DNA from: Lepidodermella squamata
Taxonomy: Eukaryota > Animalia > Gastrotricha
Direction of reading: 5' to 3'
Assembly: GCA_047495785.1 (NCBI GenBank)
Contig: JBLDXI010000021.1
Coordinates: 682,001-746,000 of the forward strand
DNA: 64,000 nucleotides
Part shown: positions 46,080 to 59,926 of the stretch, piece after piece
How the letters are laid out: the number at the start of each line of letters is the position of its first letter
How positions within the stretch are numbered: the stretch's first letter is position 1
Notes under the pieces: generated by a model
What the model saw: only the letters and a program-made list of their open reading frames with translations
Databases searched by the model: none
Told to the model about the DNA's origin: nothing
Made by a program: the position numbers and the translations under genes

Positions 46080-49000
46080 ATGCGAATTACAAAGTATAAC
46101 AATGAACAAATCGCGCCGCATCAAAATGTCTCAGCGCCCACGAATCACCTGCCTGAAAACCCACCTAATAGTGAGCACGTAACTGGTGTCGTAACTTCGC
46201 AACCAGCTAATAAAGTTACGGAGCAAAGTATGCCAGTAGTTCACAAATCTGACGAAGAGCGACCATTAGATGACACGTCCCCGCAACGCCCCGTCGAACT
46301 CAACTTATTGTCCGCGAGTCTAAGTGACGCACTCTCACCATCTAATATATTGAGCACGACCGAAACTGTCAGCTCACTTGGTCCGTATTTGGCTCATACT
46401 GAGCAGCAGCAGCAAAACATAAATCGAATACGCAGTCGAAGTCAGAAGCGCCCGAAAGATCGGGTGAGCGCCAGCGTCATCCTCAACCCATCTACTGCAG
46501 GCTACACCCACACTATCAAGGCGGGTGTTGAAAAATTCCTGAGCCGCCATATCGACGACTTGTTTGAAAAGGGTAAAATCGACCCAGAATCGGAAATAAA
46601 CACAATTGATGACGTCGATTTTGTCTTCGTTGCCCGGAAACGCGGCTCACGAAGTTTCTCTTTCCGGTGCGCAAATTGGCTGGCTAGGGTTATTGGCCGC
46701 GAAGAGGTAACTGAGGATGACATTGAAAACGCTCGCGAACGCTATCTTTCGGGCCTGAAGCAGTTCTACAAAATTTCTTACAAAAAGATAGAAACGCCAA
46801 GCTATGACTTCTATCCGATTAAACTGTCTTTCTATCACCTCGGACTTATGATGCAACTAGCTGGATATCAATGGCGGCTGAGGAGCAGCGCTGAAAACAA
46901 GATTGCCTACAAAACGTTTTACTTCATGAAACGTGATATTGAAAGGTATCATGAATATCATAACTGCAGGAGCCGAGCTGATTTTTCCGCTCGTTGGCGC
47001 TACGATTTGACCTACAACTTTCTTGTAGGCGCCAACATTTCGGTTTTTACTATCAATCCTTGGCGGGCTTTGCTACGGCAACGTTCCAGCACTGGAAGTA
47101 TCCACGTCCCATCAGCTGAAGATCTAGAACGAGCTCCGTCTGCGACAGCTAGGGTAAATGTCAAGTGCTAAAAATCATATCGATTTAGCCTTATATTTTT
47201 AACAGGAAAAGGAGTACTCACTACTGCATTTGTTTGCTGACGAAATATTTGATGATTGGATTGTGCCACATAGCATTATGCGCGAGCGGTCGAGTGAAGA
47301 AGCGACGCAAGTCATCGAAGATATTCTTGAGAGCGGGTCGAAAGTAGAAAAATTCTGCACAACCTGCTGCTTCCCGTGTTGGACTTGCCAGTGCGATGCA
47401 GCGAAGAAGAACCAAATGAAGGATAGGTACGACGATGAAGCAGACTCATGCAACGCTTGCGCAACAGAATTCTGGTAAATTTTTCTACAAAATAAGTGTT
47501 TAGTTATGTATTCTGTTGGTTTTTTAGTGATAGCTGGCGAAATTTCTTCTTCCGCAACTCAGTTGACTGCATGGATGCGGTTCAACGGCCGGGTGAGAGT
47601 AAGCGTTTGACTTTTAGCTGCTCCTTGTTTCTCTCATGATTTATTTTACAGATGAGCGAGAGTTTCTGGGACGAATCAGTACCATTCGAAATGCCGTCAC
47701 GAAGCACTCATTTCCAAGTCCACCGGAAGAGGAATCTGCCAGAATCAAGCACATATTACCGTTGAAAACTCTTGTCGACTATCTCGGAGAAAAAATCGGC
47801 TTCTACTTTGGTTGGGTTGAGCTACTGATTCTTAGTTTGACCATTCCTTCAATTATTGGCACTTGTATGTTCATTTGCGGCGTTTGTTACTATGCATGGG
47901 CAATTTTTTGGGATACCGGCGATGAGGACCCGACTGATCCAGCACAATGGGTTCTCGCAAAAGCTTGCGATAATTATGCCACACCTGCGTTTTCTGCTTG
48001 GTAAGACTTGAATTTGCTTTATGTCTCTTATATCACTGTTCTTTTCAGTATGGTAATATGGGGTACTACGTTTTACGAAATCTGGCAACGCCGTGAACGC
48101 TGGTACTCGTATATGTGGCGAGTCGAGAAGCTTGAAAATACCGAACTTGAGAGGCCTCCAACTAACACTTTCAAAACGACAGCCCGGCTGAAAAAGTCCA
48201 GGATATTCCGTCCCGTCCTCTACATCCCATCTTTTGTCGTAACGATATTCTTCATCGTTCTCGTATTTATCAGCGTCTATTTCGTGAATGTAGTCGGCGT
48301 GTTTTCTATTCCGTATTGCCCAAAGATGCGGATGAACAACAAAACCGCGGCAGCGGCGACAAATACGTCCAGCGCTAGTACAACGACAGTGCTTTCACCT
48401 AATTTTTCGAGCAACTACACAATGTTAATGCTGAATAATTCGAGCACAGCTTCAACCCATCAACGGCATGGCGAGGAAAAAGTTGATAAGTTCATATGCA
48501 ATTTATTTTCTGCGGCTCAAGTTATTGCCAATTCGCTATCAATGTTTGTATTGGACTTTTTCTACACACGTCTTTGCTATCTGCTAACCGATTGGGAAGG
48601 TCATAAAACGCAAAGCACTTACACCAACGCCCTAGTTATTAAGGTTTATTTTTAGTGACACATTCGTTAATAATGCTGACAACTATTTTTCCAACAGCTC
48701 TTCACTTTCCGGTTTTTCAACTACTACTCAGTATTGTTTTTTATTGCTTTCGGAATCGCTGCAAAAGCTGTACAGTATCCGCAAGAGCTTACCGGAGGTC
48801 AATATTATGACTACGTAACGTTCGGCTGTGGCGAACAGCCCTGTATGGCGATGCTGTCCCGCCAACTGCTATCTGTCATTGTGACTCAGCCGTTGATCAA
48901 TTCGCTATATGACGTGATTGTACCAGGTTTCAAACTCATATATTTCGCAATCAAACAACGCGTGAAATCGGAGGCGTATGAGGAGGCTGTCAAAATGGGC

Positions 49001-49877
49001 AAGTCAAACACTGCGTTGGATAACGACGAATTCGACACGGCTAGCTCGGTAAATGGTGCCTCTCGAGGAAGCACTAGCTCGAGGTACGACCATTCACCTC
49101 TAGCCGATGAGCTGGTTAATCAGGCGCATCTAACACAACTTTCAACTCTCGATCGCAGAGAATTCACGACTGAAGAATATACTGAGAAAGTCATTGTCTA
49201 CGGTGCTTTGCTTATGTTCAGCGTAGCTCTTCCACCGGCACCAGCCCTAGCTCTTTTGATCATGAGGATTGACTTGAACTTGGATATTGGTAGAATGTAA
49301 GCAGTTCTGAATTTTAATATTTATTTTTAACATTTTTGCGTTTTTCTATTTCAGAATGACCGAATTCCGCCGACCTGTACCTATTCGATCACAAGACATT
49401 GGAATGTGGGGACCGATCGTCAACTTCTTGACTTACTTAGGGATTCTGACAAACCCACTCATAGTCATCCTTACAAGCTCATGGGGAACTCCGATGTCGC
49501 AGTTTAACAAATTTCTAACATTCCTTGCTTTTGAACACATAGTATTTGCTGGTAAGGAAGTTTTTTCGCAATACATTGTTGCCCTACCTCAGTCTTAATT
49601 TTTAGTTCGAATGCTTGTATCATTTGCTGTTCCTGACGTTCCGAAATCCTTGGTTCGAGAACAGCTTATTCATAAGGCTACAAAAGATGAGCTTCAGTCT
49701 ATTCTCCTTGATGCTAAAATCGAGCAAGCCGGCGCAAAAACAAAACGCCAGTTGATCTCTCAGGCGGCATCCAGCAGCGCTGCAAATAATTCTAAATACA
49801 CAAAGAAGACAAAGAACAGTAAATTGGCTGCCATCGTTGAACACCTGATCGAAAAAATCGATGATTCGAAGACCTGA
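46080..49877 (+). CDS. Divergent anoctamin/TMEM16 family member, paralog 1
   Basis: LVDYLGEKIGFYFGW, FYEIWQRRE, LTDWEGHKTQSTYTNALVIK, FFNYYS.LFFIAF, EEYTEK...FSVALPPAP, FRRPVPIRSQDIGMW. Confidence 0.9.
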
Positions 49878-50266
49878 TGCAATTATAATGCGGTCTCCAA
49901 TAATATTTGATCATAATCTACGTGCATATTATAATTTGCAATATTGGGGTCACCGAATCTTTCTTGTACCCAAGTGAGCACGATATCCGGTGTTGTTTTT
50001 TATGTTTGCAAATATCGCTACTGGTAACTGCTATGTGATCTTTATTGCAAAAGCGAATTTAATAAAAAAAGCCTGAGTGCTGTTCACTGCTATACATGCG
50101 TTATCGAATTTTCTGAGTGTTCTCCACGCAGTCCACGCAGACTGTGCGAATCATTCGTCATATATATTCCAATAGGTGTGGACTATATCAAGTGTTTCTC
50201 TCCGAGCAGCATTTGTTGCGCTTTTATTGACCGCACTCGAGTGACAGGCACCATGACCGCAACGTT

Positions 50267-50280
50267 TTGTCCATAGCAAC
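50267..50280. promoter_or_regulatory. Imperfect X-box (TTGTCCATAGCAAC) about 150 bp upstream of anoctamin paralog 2
   Basis: Perfect CCATAGCAAC right half and a degenerate left half. Confidence 0.35.
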
Positions 50281-50431
50281 ATCCGATAATCAATTCTCTA
50301 ACACTAATCGTAAATGATGCGTGAAAAAACACGTCGTTTTCAATGAACAGAAGCAGATCGATTATGCTTCAAAAATGTCAAGCTAGTACGTCGTAAAGCA
50401 ATTAGTCCCACAGCCCAATTTTCAAGACTAA

Positions 50432-53400
50432 ATGGAGCGAGATAACGCTAAATCTCCGGACGATCTCAGCGAAGGCGATCCGGACGAGGCTGCCACTGAG
50501 CGACCTCGAATACGCAGCGTCGATTTTACCAAGAAAAATTCTACAGCTCCCTTCGAACCGGTGCAAACGCCTATTGATACTCTTAACCTTAATTTCAAAA
50601 ATCGATTCGCCAAGCTATGCAGAAAAATTTCCATACTACAAGATACCATTCACGAGAGCTATGAAAACTTTCGAACAATCGACGATATTGATTTCGTTTT
50701 TGTCGTTGACAAAACTGCATCACCTGGTTTTGCGACCAAGTTCGCCAACTGGATTGCAAAAATGAGAGGACGCGAGCCTATTGATCAATCGAAAATCGCC
50801 GAAGCACGGAAGATGTACATCAATGGGCTGAAAAATAAGTTCCATCTTAATTGTGATGTTATTGAAACTGACGATCGGGAGTATCATCTGGTTCAAATGT
50901 CTTTTCCGCATCTCGGACTAATGATGGAACTCCTTGGCTACCAGTGGCAAATGCGTTCTTTGGACCCTGACAAGTATAATTTTCTCATCTCACAATGATA
51001 CTTCAGATATCATCTTTTTCTAGGAAAGCATATAAAACCTTTTTCTATGTCAAACGCAAAGTCGAGCGGTACTTGGAATACATGATTGGAAGGTTTGAAG
51101 TTGAAAGTTTTCATGAGTATTTACGCAAATTTTATGACTTAAGGACACGGGATTCGTTTCCAGCTCGGTGGCGTTATGACTTAACTTATCATTTCTTGAT
51201 GGGAGCTACAGTTCGAATGCCGATCCACAACCACTGGAGAAACGCTCTGAAAGAATCGCTTGATGAGCAACGGCAGAAAATACAAACTGCTGATGATGCT
51301 GAGAATGGAGAAGTCGGCGAAGCTACAACGAAAAAAGTAATATTCCTTTACTGTGAAATTGAGAAAAATGTAAGACTTCTTTATGGTCAGGAAAAAGGCT
51401 ATTCTCTGATGAGAGTCTTCGCAGATGGTTTGTTTGATGATTGGATGGTGCTGCACTGTAAAATTCGACAGCGAACAGCTGATGACGTCAACAAAGATTG
51501 TGAAGAGGTAGCTAATGCGCCGCTGTGTTGTGATTCTTGCGGCGCGAAGTGCTGTTTTCCAATGATAACTTGCCAATGTTCGGAAATGCGAGCCAAAAAG
51601 ATTGACATAGACTACCAAGCTGAGCGTTCATGTGGCAGGCTCTCCTACATTTGGCGAAAGTTTTGGTACAACAACCTGATCAACAGCATTGATTTGAGGC
51701 CGCGGCGATTCGACGACGGTACTTACGAGAGTAAGAATGGATTCTTTGCTGGGACATTGTTTCCAATATCTATTTTGTTAAACCCAGATACCAGAGAATA
51801 CTTTGGGCGAATTTCGACAATTCGCAATGCTTATCATCTTACTGCATGTCCGACCATCCCTGAAGAAAGAGCAGCCAATTTTAGGCACATACTGCCGCTC
51901 CACAACATCACCGACTACTTTGGAGAGAAAATAGGCCTATATTTCGGTTGGGTCGAGCTCTTTCTTCTGACCATGGTTTTTCCCGCGGTGCTTGGTGTGG
52001 CCATGTTCATTTGCGGCGTCGCATACTACAGTTACGATATATGGCAAACTGACGATGCAATCCAGGCTACCGACTATATCAGCTACATATTAGCCAAAGC
52101 GTGCGATAATTACGCTACGCCAGCTTTTGCAGGGCTCATGATCATATGGGGTACAGCCTTTTATGAGCTATGGTGAGGATTTTTCGATCATCGTTAGATG
52201 AGAATCCCACATACCTTTTCATTTCCAAGGGCGCGTCGTCAGCGTTGGTATGCTTTTTTGTGGCGGGTAGAGAAATTGGAGAACACCGAGCTGGAGCGTC
52301 CACCTGTTTATTCCTTCAAATTCGCAGCGTATATCCGATCATCCCGGTATGGGTCATGGCTGATGTACCTTCCGTCTGTGCTCGTGACTATACTCTTCAT
52401 TGGCTTCGTTTTCTTCAGCGTTTACTTCATCAACGTTATGAACATTTTTTCGATTGAATATTGCCCGAAGCCGAGGAGTATGCTTAATTATACCAAAACA
52501 AATTCAACACAAGTTGCTAGCTCTGATTCGGACTCGTTGGTCAGTATACTGTTCTGCAATCTGTTTGCTGCTGCACAAGTTCTTGCCAATTCTTTGTCGA
52601 TGATTGTATTTGATTGGCTCTATACTCGTATAGCCTACCATTTGACAGATTTTGAAGGGCATCTCACTCAGAGCGAGTATACGGACGCCCTCATTTTGAA
52701 GGTAAGCATATTAAGGCAATTTATCCGAACCAATAACTCTAATTGTCATTTTCATCCCATAGCTTTTTACATTCCGATTTTTCAACTACTACACCGTTCT
52801 GTTTTACATTGCATTTGGAACTGCGACTAACATTGTCAAATATCCTCCTGAAATTACCGGTGGTAAAACTTACGCTTATGAAGCGTATGGATGCGGTCAA
52901 CAACCTTGCATGGCCCTTTTGTCCCGGCAACTTCTTTCCTTGATCGTGACCCAGCCTTTCCTGAATTCCATGATCGATCTATCTTTACCCATAGTCAAAC
53001 TCGTCTACTATGCCTTGCTTGACGCTAGAAAGAAGACTAAGGCCAACAAAATTACACCGGACGAAGAGGACAGCTCGAAAAGAGATTTAGCAAACGAGCT
53101 AGATACTCAATACAAAATGATGGAACTGTCTACCTTGGACCGAAAAGAGTTCACAGCTGAGGAGTTTACAGATAAGCTGATTGTGTATGGAGCACTCGTC
53201 ATGTTTAGTGTTGCCCTGCCGCCTGCTCCAGCGTTGGCTTTCTTGATTATTCGGATGGATTTGAACTTCGATCTCGGCAGATTGTAGGTTTTACTAATTG
53301 GCTTACTGCTAATTTCAACTTTTCTTCAAATTAGAATGACCAAGTTCCGGCGCCCTTTGCCAATGCGAGCACAAGACATAGGCATGTGGAACCACATTGT

Positions 53401-53795
53401 TAATTTTCTCACATACGTCGGCGTCATCACGAACCCTTTGATTGTAGTGCTGACAAGCTCTTGGGGAACCAGGTAATTATTTGATCTCACTCCATATACT
53501 TGAATTAATATTCTCTTGACGACAGGTTTGACATGTGGTGGAAGTTTGTTGTCTTCCTTCTGGTTGAACATGTTGTCTTCGCAGGTAAACTTTGCCAATC
53601 GCGTTGAAGATCTCTTGCCCATGCTTCATTTCTTCGTTAGTTCGTATGCTGGTTGGCTTCTTAGTTCCAGACGTTCCAAAGTCTCTTATCAATCAGCAGC
53701 AAGAACACAAACTTATTAAAGATGAGCTCCAAGCGACTTTGATTAGGGAAAAAACTGAGTTCATTCGTGCCCAAAGTCGCTACAAGCAAAACTGA
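50432..53795 (+). CDS. Divergent anoctamin/TMEM16 family member, paralog 2 (tandem duplicate)
   Basis: Same motifs (DYFGEKIGLYFGW, LTDFEGH, EEFTDK, FRRPLPMRAQDIGMW), and several intron positions are shared with paralog 1. Confidence 0.9.
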
Positions 53796-53899
53796 GACTC
53801 GTTTGGACATTCCATTTCCAGTTTTTGTATCAAATTTGAATAAAATAGTTGTGCATTATTCCCGATGGATTATGTTATAGGATTTGTCCATATAATGTT

Positions 53900-54245
53900 A
53901 TATCATCGCCAGCTACGCTCTGCAGAAAAAGCGTAGAAATTTTGACAAAGCTCAACTTCGAAATATCCATGTCGTTTTCATTCCGCGGAGAAATTCGAAT
54001 GCCCGGTTCATGTCCTAAGTTTTGTTACCTGAACCTGATTGAGAGTTTGGTACTTCAGGCTAGTCTGTCCTTGTCGGCTCAAGAAATCTCAGATGCTTAC
54101 TGTCAAATGCGTTTGAGCTCACCAGGTTTGCTATATATGCAAGCTCTGTCCCATTTTTAAGCGTTTTCAGAGCTTCGTTGGTGTAACCAACTTTCGAGTT
54201 TTTTTTCTTCCCTTCCATCCTGTATTTTCGTTTTTCGTTGGCCTG
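53900..54245 (-). mobile_element. Possible degenerate 3' fragment of a non-LTR retrotransposon ORF2
   Basis: The stop-interrupted translation QVQVTKLRT*TGHSNFSAE*KRHG...C resembles the 'LxRLRTGH...R.G...C' stretch that precedes the LINE C-terminal zinc finger. Weak. Confidence 0.3.
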
Positions 54246-55520
54246 AGTAATTTGTTGGAAAAAAGGACACAATAAAAAGCTTTTCGTTTTTCGTTTCGAG
54301 TCGATCGACAAGATATAAATGTACACCTTATAAACCCTTATCTAACCCTTATCTGATCAGCAAACTGTAGAGCGCGATCTTTACCTCGGGATCCTACGCC
54401 GACGTGGGTTTTAATGCTAAATGATGGAGATAAACTCTGCGAACAAGCGGAAAAAAGGGAAGGGAAAAAAAATCCGTCAACAAAAACACATGCGACAAAT
54501 TGTTTTTAGTTCTGCCAGCAAAAACATTTGAAAATAAAATATTTACGGATCAAAGAATATAATTTTGTTGAAATAATGCATTTCTAGAAATCATCATTCA
54601 TCTTTAGCGCGGACTTTTCTACCTGGAAAATCTTCCCGGATCTGTTCCTTTATCGCTTTATCGGCTCTGATTTCGCCTCTATCCGGTCATGCTTGGCTGC
54701 CAACAGCCAAGAAGTAAGCAAATACATTGCATTTCTTGGGCCGGGCACCTGGGCACCAAAATCTATGGGAATTTGAGCGGAAGGATATATACTGGAACCT
54801 AGAACCAAAGCCTGATCTTTAAGAGTTGCATGAGCTGCCGATATCTCTGATTGGAAGTTGAACCAAAACGATTATATCACATGAATAAAGCTGGAAGCTG
54901 AAGCCGATAATAACGACACCTCTCTCTGGTATGCGACTGCGTTGCCCTCTTTATTATTCGCCGTTCGCTGCTTTTTTTATGTTGTGCACACATCTGCGTC
55001 TTGCGTGTTAGAAGACGTGTCAACTTTCTACATTGCGCACCTCCCTTTGATTTTTTATCAAAATGAGTTTCAATCTATGGTTTCCAACAACACTTGGATC
55101 GCTTTCTTCATTTTTCCAGGTCTATCCCGGCTTACTACAGAACCCCGTGTTATTTCCATGATTGAATGATATTAGAATTTAGGAGCTTGAGATGTATACC
55201 CACATCAGCATCTTGTAAACTCCTCTTTTTAGTTATCAGTTAACATTTAACATTTAATTCACGTAGTTTAGTCTGAAAACGTTATCGTACTGAATGCAGT
55301 TGTTGCCTCCACCGAGACGTTTTAATCTTAATCATGATCTATGTCGGCGATTACTTATTTGCCTGCTAATGATTGTCAGCATCGCCACATCTTTTGCCTA
55401 TCTACATTATTCAGGCCTTGCAGTGAGTCCGATAACCCATGTTTAGGAGCAAATGCGATTGTGCAATCAGCGAGTTTATGTTTTACCGTACAGTTTTATT
55501 CTAGCTGATGTATTTTTTTG

Positions 55521-57093
55521 ATGTCGGCGACTAAATCTCGTAACAAAGCTGGATCGAACGTTACAAATGATAGCACCGATTACAATCGTTTGGACCGTTA
55601 TGGGTTTTTCGCCGATGGAACGACCGATTCGTTAGTTTGTTTGATCATGGGAAGCATTTTAATCGTTGATATGTGCCTTACAGAGAAGAAGTATTAGACG
55701 TTGAGAAGCTACAGTCGCGCGAAAAGAAATGGCTCGAGATGCTGAAAAATTGGGATTATTGGATGACAGAAAAATTTCCCAAAGTCCGAGATAGATGCCG
55801 CAAAGGCATTCCACCATCTGTGAGAGCCAGAGCTTGGCTCAAATTATCCGGAGCTGAGAAGAAGATGCAAGAAGGGCCCGGAACCTTCAAGGTAACAAAG
55901 GCCTCCTAACCAAGACTATTTAACTGTTATCTTGGTTTAGCGTTACGTCGAAAGTGAAGCTGACCCGAAATGCATTGCTGATATTGCTAGGGATGTTGGC
56001 AGACAATTCCCCGAGCATGTGATGTTTCATACAAGCAATCCTGAAGAGACTCATTTGAAGTTCTCACAACTTGAAAATTCCCCTAATAAACGCGCTGTTG
56101 GTAACGTTTTGTCTCCGCTGTCTGGCGATGGAGGGGGAAGCAAGGGCCATATCGGGCAAAATGAGCTCTATCGCGTTCTCAAGGTTTGATTGAAGTTAGC
56201 TGCGCGATTTTTCTCTCATTTTATCTTCTTAACATAGGCCTACTGTGTGCATAATCGGCGAGATGGTTACTGTCAAGCTCAAGCACCCATTGCTGCTGCA
56301 TTAATTATGCAAATGCCGGATGAAGAACAGGCGTTCTGGGTAATGGAGCGTGTATTCGACGTGTACCTGACCGGATACTATAAGGATGGCTTGGTTTGTG
56401 ACTCCATGCTCTTTCAGTGCCAATGTTTATGTTGACTGTATTATAGGAGCAAATGCAAATAGACGGTGAGATATTGATGGAGTTATTAAAGGCTGAACAC
56501 CCAAAAATCCACAAATTATTTGTAAGTGAACCTCTTGGTGTTTGACATTTAAGAATATCAAATTGATTCTGTTATTTTAGTCCAATCAAAAAATCGAGCC
56601 ACCATTATTTATGACGGATTGGTTCATGTGCTGCTTCATTAGATCTTTGCCATGGCCATCTGTTCTGCGAGTAATGGATATGTTCCTATGCGAAGGTGTA
56701 AAAGTATTATTCAGAGTGGCGTTAGCCATCATCAGTAACACGCTGAACCCCAAGGCGTTGAAGTCATGTACAAGCCAATTCGAAACACTTCCCTTGATCA
56801 AAAGACCACCCAAAGAAATTTTAGCAGCTGATTTCCTTATTAAAGAGGTATTAATGATATTCAAGTTATTCAAGTTAATACTTCAGTCATTTGTGTTGTA
56901 GGCCCTGAAAACTCATATTTCCGAACGTGATATCGCTTCTGCTCATGTTAAGGTGCTACGGCGTTGGAAAGAAAATAATCGGTTTCGGGATCAGCAACGG
57001 CATCAGATGCAAAGTCAGCAGTCTATTCAGAATAACAGGACACCACAAACACAAAATGGTTCTCCTTTTAAAATTGTGGAACATCGTGTGTAG
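55521..57093 (+). CDS. TBC1D10: TBC1D10 (EPI64)-family Rab GTPase-activating protein
   Basis: DRYGF, REKKWLEMLKNWD, RCRKGIPPSVRARAW, R-finger IARDVGRQFP, Q-finger GYCQAQAP, and WFMCCFIRSLPWPSVLRVMDMFLCEGVK. Confidence 0.92.
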
Positions 57094-57734
57094 CTTTCAT
57101 CTCGGTTCTCTGAAATCAGTCGTTTCTGCTGATAGTGTCCGGTGAGACACTATTTCCCGTTTAAATTATTGTTTAGTTGTTGCTTTTTATGTCAGAAGGA
57201 AGAAATCAGCGTGTAAAATTTTTTAATCGAAAAAACCGAAACTCTTGCTCCTTGTAAAAACAATCGGTATGATATTAATATTTTTATCAACCCTTCTTGA
57301 GCCAAAAGAATTGTTGAAGAAACTCGATTTTGCCGCTTCCAAGTGCTTGGGCATTACCAAACCGGAAGAACTGTGGTCATTCATGTTGATTCACTATTAT
57401 TTTCTGCAGCATAGAATCTTTGAAATTTAAATAATAAGTAATTGTTGTGAACCTATCGAATATTATCATAATTTTCGATCATTGTGAAATTTATAGCTTT
57501 CCTAATTCTGATGAAACAAATGGTTTTGTTTTTCTACAATTAACCTCATTTTATTATGTTTTAGGATTATTAAAAATTTTTACATCAAACGGTCACATTT
57601 TTGGTTCGGCTTCCAAACAGTCAGTGCCTTTACGCAGCAGTGCGAACTCTTTTCAGCAGTTTCAGCAACACGCGAATTCTTCCGATCCTCGTTCGTCCTC
57701 TGGGGCTTTTAGCCGGCTTGAACTCGCCGACGTA

Positions 57735-58708
57735 ATGCATAGCCAACAGTTCGAAGACTTGCGCCGCCAGGCCAGGCACCTCGAGAATGAGCTCGAGATG
57801 AAGCTCATTTCTTACAACAAATTGTGCTCCGCTTTCACTACTTCTCAATTCAGGTAGGACATATAAATTTTTTGTTAATTACCGATGAAACAGCAAAGCC
57901 TCAGAAGTCAAAGAATTCATTCAAATACATCCTATGTTGGTGTAAATTTCGAAAAGATCTTCTTGGTAGCTGAACTAATTTCTAACATTATATTTAGTGA
58001 TAATTCTCCTCTGCTTGGAAAATCTGGAAGTGACCCGACTGCTGATACAATGACCATTGAGATTGAGCAGTTGATCAACAAGCTGACATCGCTAAACGAC
58101 CGAATGGCTGATTTCAGCCAGCAAATGTCCTCAACCCCTTCCAGCTCGTCTGCCAGCTCTCAGTCGTCGCTTTTCCACGTTGTGCAGCGACATCGCGATA
58201 TTATGCAAGATTATAGCCGCGAATTTGCGAAAACTCGGTCTAATCTGCAGTCGGCCAAAGATCGCGCCGATCTACTCGGCACATCTCGCGCCTCTGGGCC
58301 GGGTAATACTAGTCTTTCGAATAGACGCGCTGAGCTCTATAACAAAGAATTGGGTCACATCTTGAAGTAACACCTTGAAATCCACCTCAACCAAATGCTA
58401 AAGTTGATTTTTCAGCACTGATCGTATGGTGGATGAACAAATCGAATTGGTGATGAGTACTAAAGACCATTTAATCGGTCAGCGAAGTAGAATTCAGACG
58501 TTTAGCCAACGTTTGCACGTGATCACTAGTGAGTAAAAAGTTACCTTGATTTTGTTTTAGAATTTGATTGCTGTGTTTTGCAGATAAATATCCGATGCTG
58601 AATAGCCTAATGAACAGAATAAACTTCCGAAAACGCCGGGATGCCATTATCATCGCAGTTGTTGTTGCTGTTTGCATGCTTCTCCTACTAATTTACGCTG
58701 TTCGGTGA
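57735..58708 (+). CDS. GOSR1: Golgi SNARE GS28
   Basis: FEDLRRQARHLENELEMKLISYNKL, QRHRDIMQDYSREF, KYPMLNSLMNRINFRKRRDAII and a C-terminal TM segment. The start may lie further upstream. Confidence 0.93.
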
Positions 58709-59234
58709 ACGCGAGACCTGACCCATCTTCTTGTCCTTGAACGGCTCAGCTGGAGAAAGCAATTTCTTCATCATTTTCAGCGGCAAATTGCAACTTCTAA
58801 CACTTAACTTATAACAAAATGGTAAAGGCGGTTTTCGATTCGAATTGCAATCAACATCCGCTGTGCATGTGGATGCTAAAGTATACGTAGCTTTGTACAT
58901 AGACGACGATCGGCCGGTCAACTCCTTTTTCGTAATATGGTTGTGCGATACAGCGGTTATATAAAAATAAGAGTAATCTATATAAATGAAAATATGAGAA
59001 AAAATATTAATAATATTGTAATCGTTCGGAGAGAAAACAACGTCCTTTCAAAGCTATCTACTGAAAATGCCGTGTGAAGCTTTTGTTTTTTGTCTAACTA
59101 CAAATGCTATTCGAGAAGGTGATTGATATGATTGAAGACTATCGTCTAATATTCTAACACCAGTGTTGACAAAATTTTCGTAAAAACAGTAAATTCTGAA
59201 AAATTGTGACATTTTATTTTCCTAGGATTTAAAA

Positions 59235-59873
59235 ATGGTTAAAAATTGCGCTGTTTGCGAAAATCCTGATTCAAAGTACAAATGTCCAGCCTGTTTCGCG
59301 TTTTAGTAAGTTCGCTTTAAATCGCCCGGGTTCCTGATGAAACTTATTCCAATAGCTGTTCAATAGCCTGCTGCAAACAGCATAAAGGTAAGCTATAGTG
59401 ATATCCTAATTGCCACCGCTTATCAGCTTATTTTCTTTAGAATCGCCCGAATGCTCGAAAAGGCAACAGCAACATTTGGCTGCGAAGTTGCAAGCCGGTG
59501 ATATCGATCAGATTTTAGTGGAAAGGAACTTTGCGCAATCAACTTCAAAGCGCGATGACGAAGATGATGCTCATAAGCTTACCCCACAACAGTTGGCTCT
59601 CCTTGGTAGTTTCTTGTGATATTGGTTAAATTTTACGAATTAATCTAAATTTTTATAGACGAATCTGAAGAGCTGAAAGAAGTGCTGAAAAGCGATGATC
59701 TGAAGCGTGTTTTATCGAAAATTGGCGCGTTCAAAGACCCTCGGCAGGCTGATCGTGAAATTCGGCAGTTGATGAATTCGAACCACGATTTTCTACGATT
59801 CGTTGATACTTGTCTTGAAGTTGTGCAACCTTCGAACCTGGCCGATGTTGTTACAAAGTTTTCTAACCATTAA
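59235..59873 (+). CDS. ZNHIT3: Zinc finger HIT domain protein 3 (box C/D snoRNP assembly, Hit1)
   Basis: CAVC...KYKCPAC...Y|CSIACCKQHK zf-HIT domain and C-terminal LxxSEELKEVL...FLRFVDTCLEVV. Four exons. Confidence 0.88.
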
Positions 59874-59926
59874 ATCTTCCTAATTTTCTGCTAGGATATT
59901 ATTAACTGTGATTTTTGATCTGCGAA

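Noticed and set aside
54330-54356. (TAACCCTTATC)x2 resembling a telomeric seed
   Set aside because: Only two imperfect units; not a TTAGGG array.
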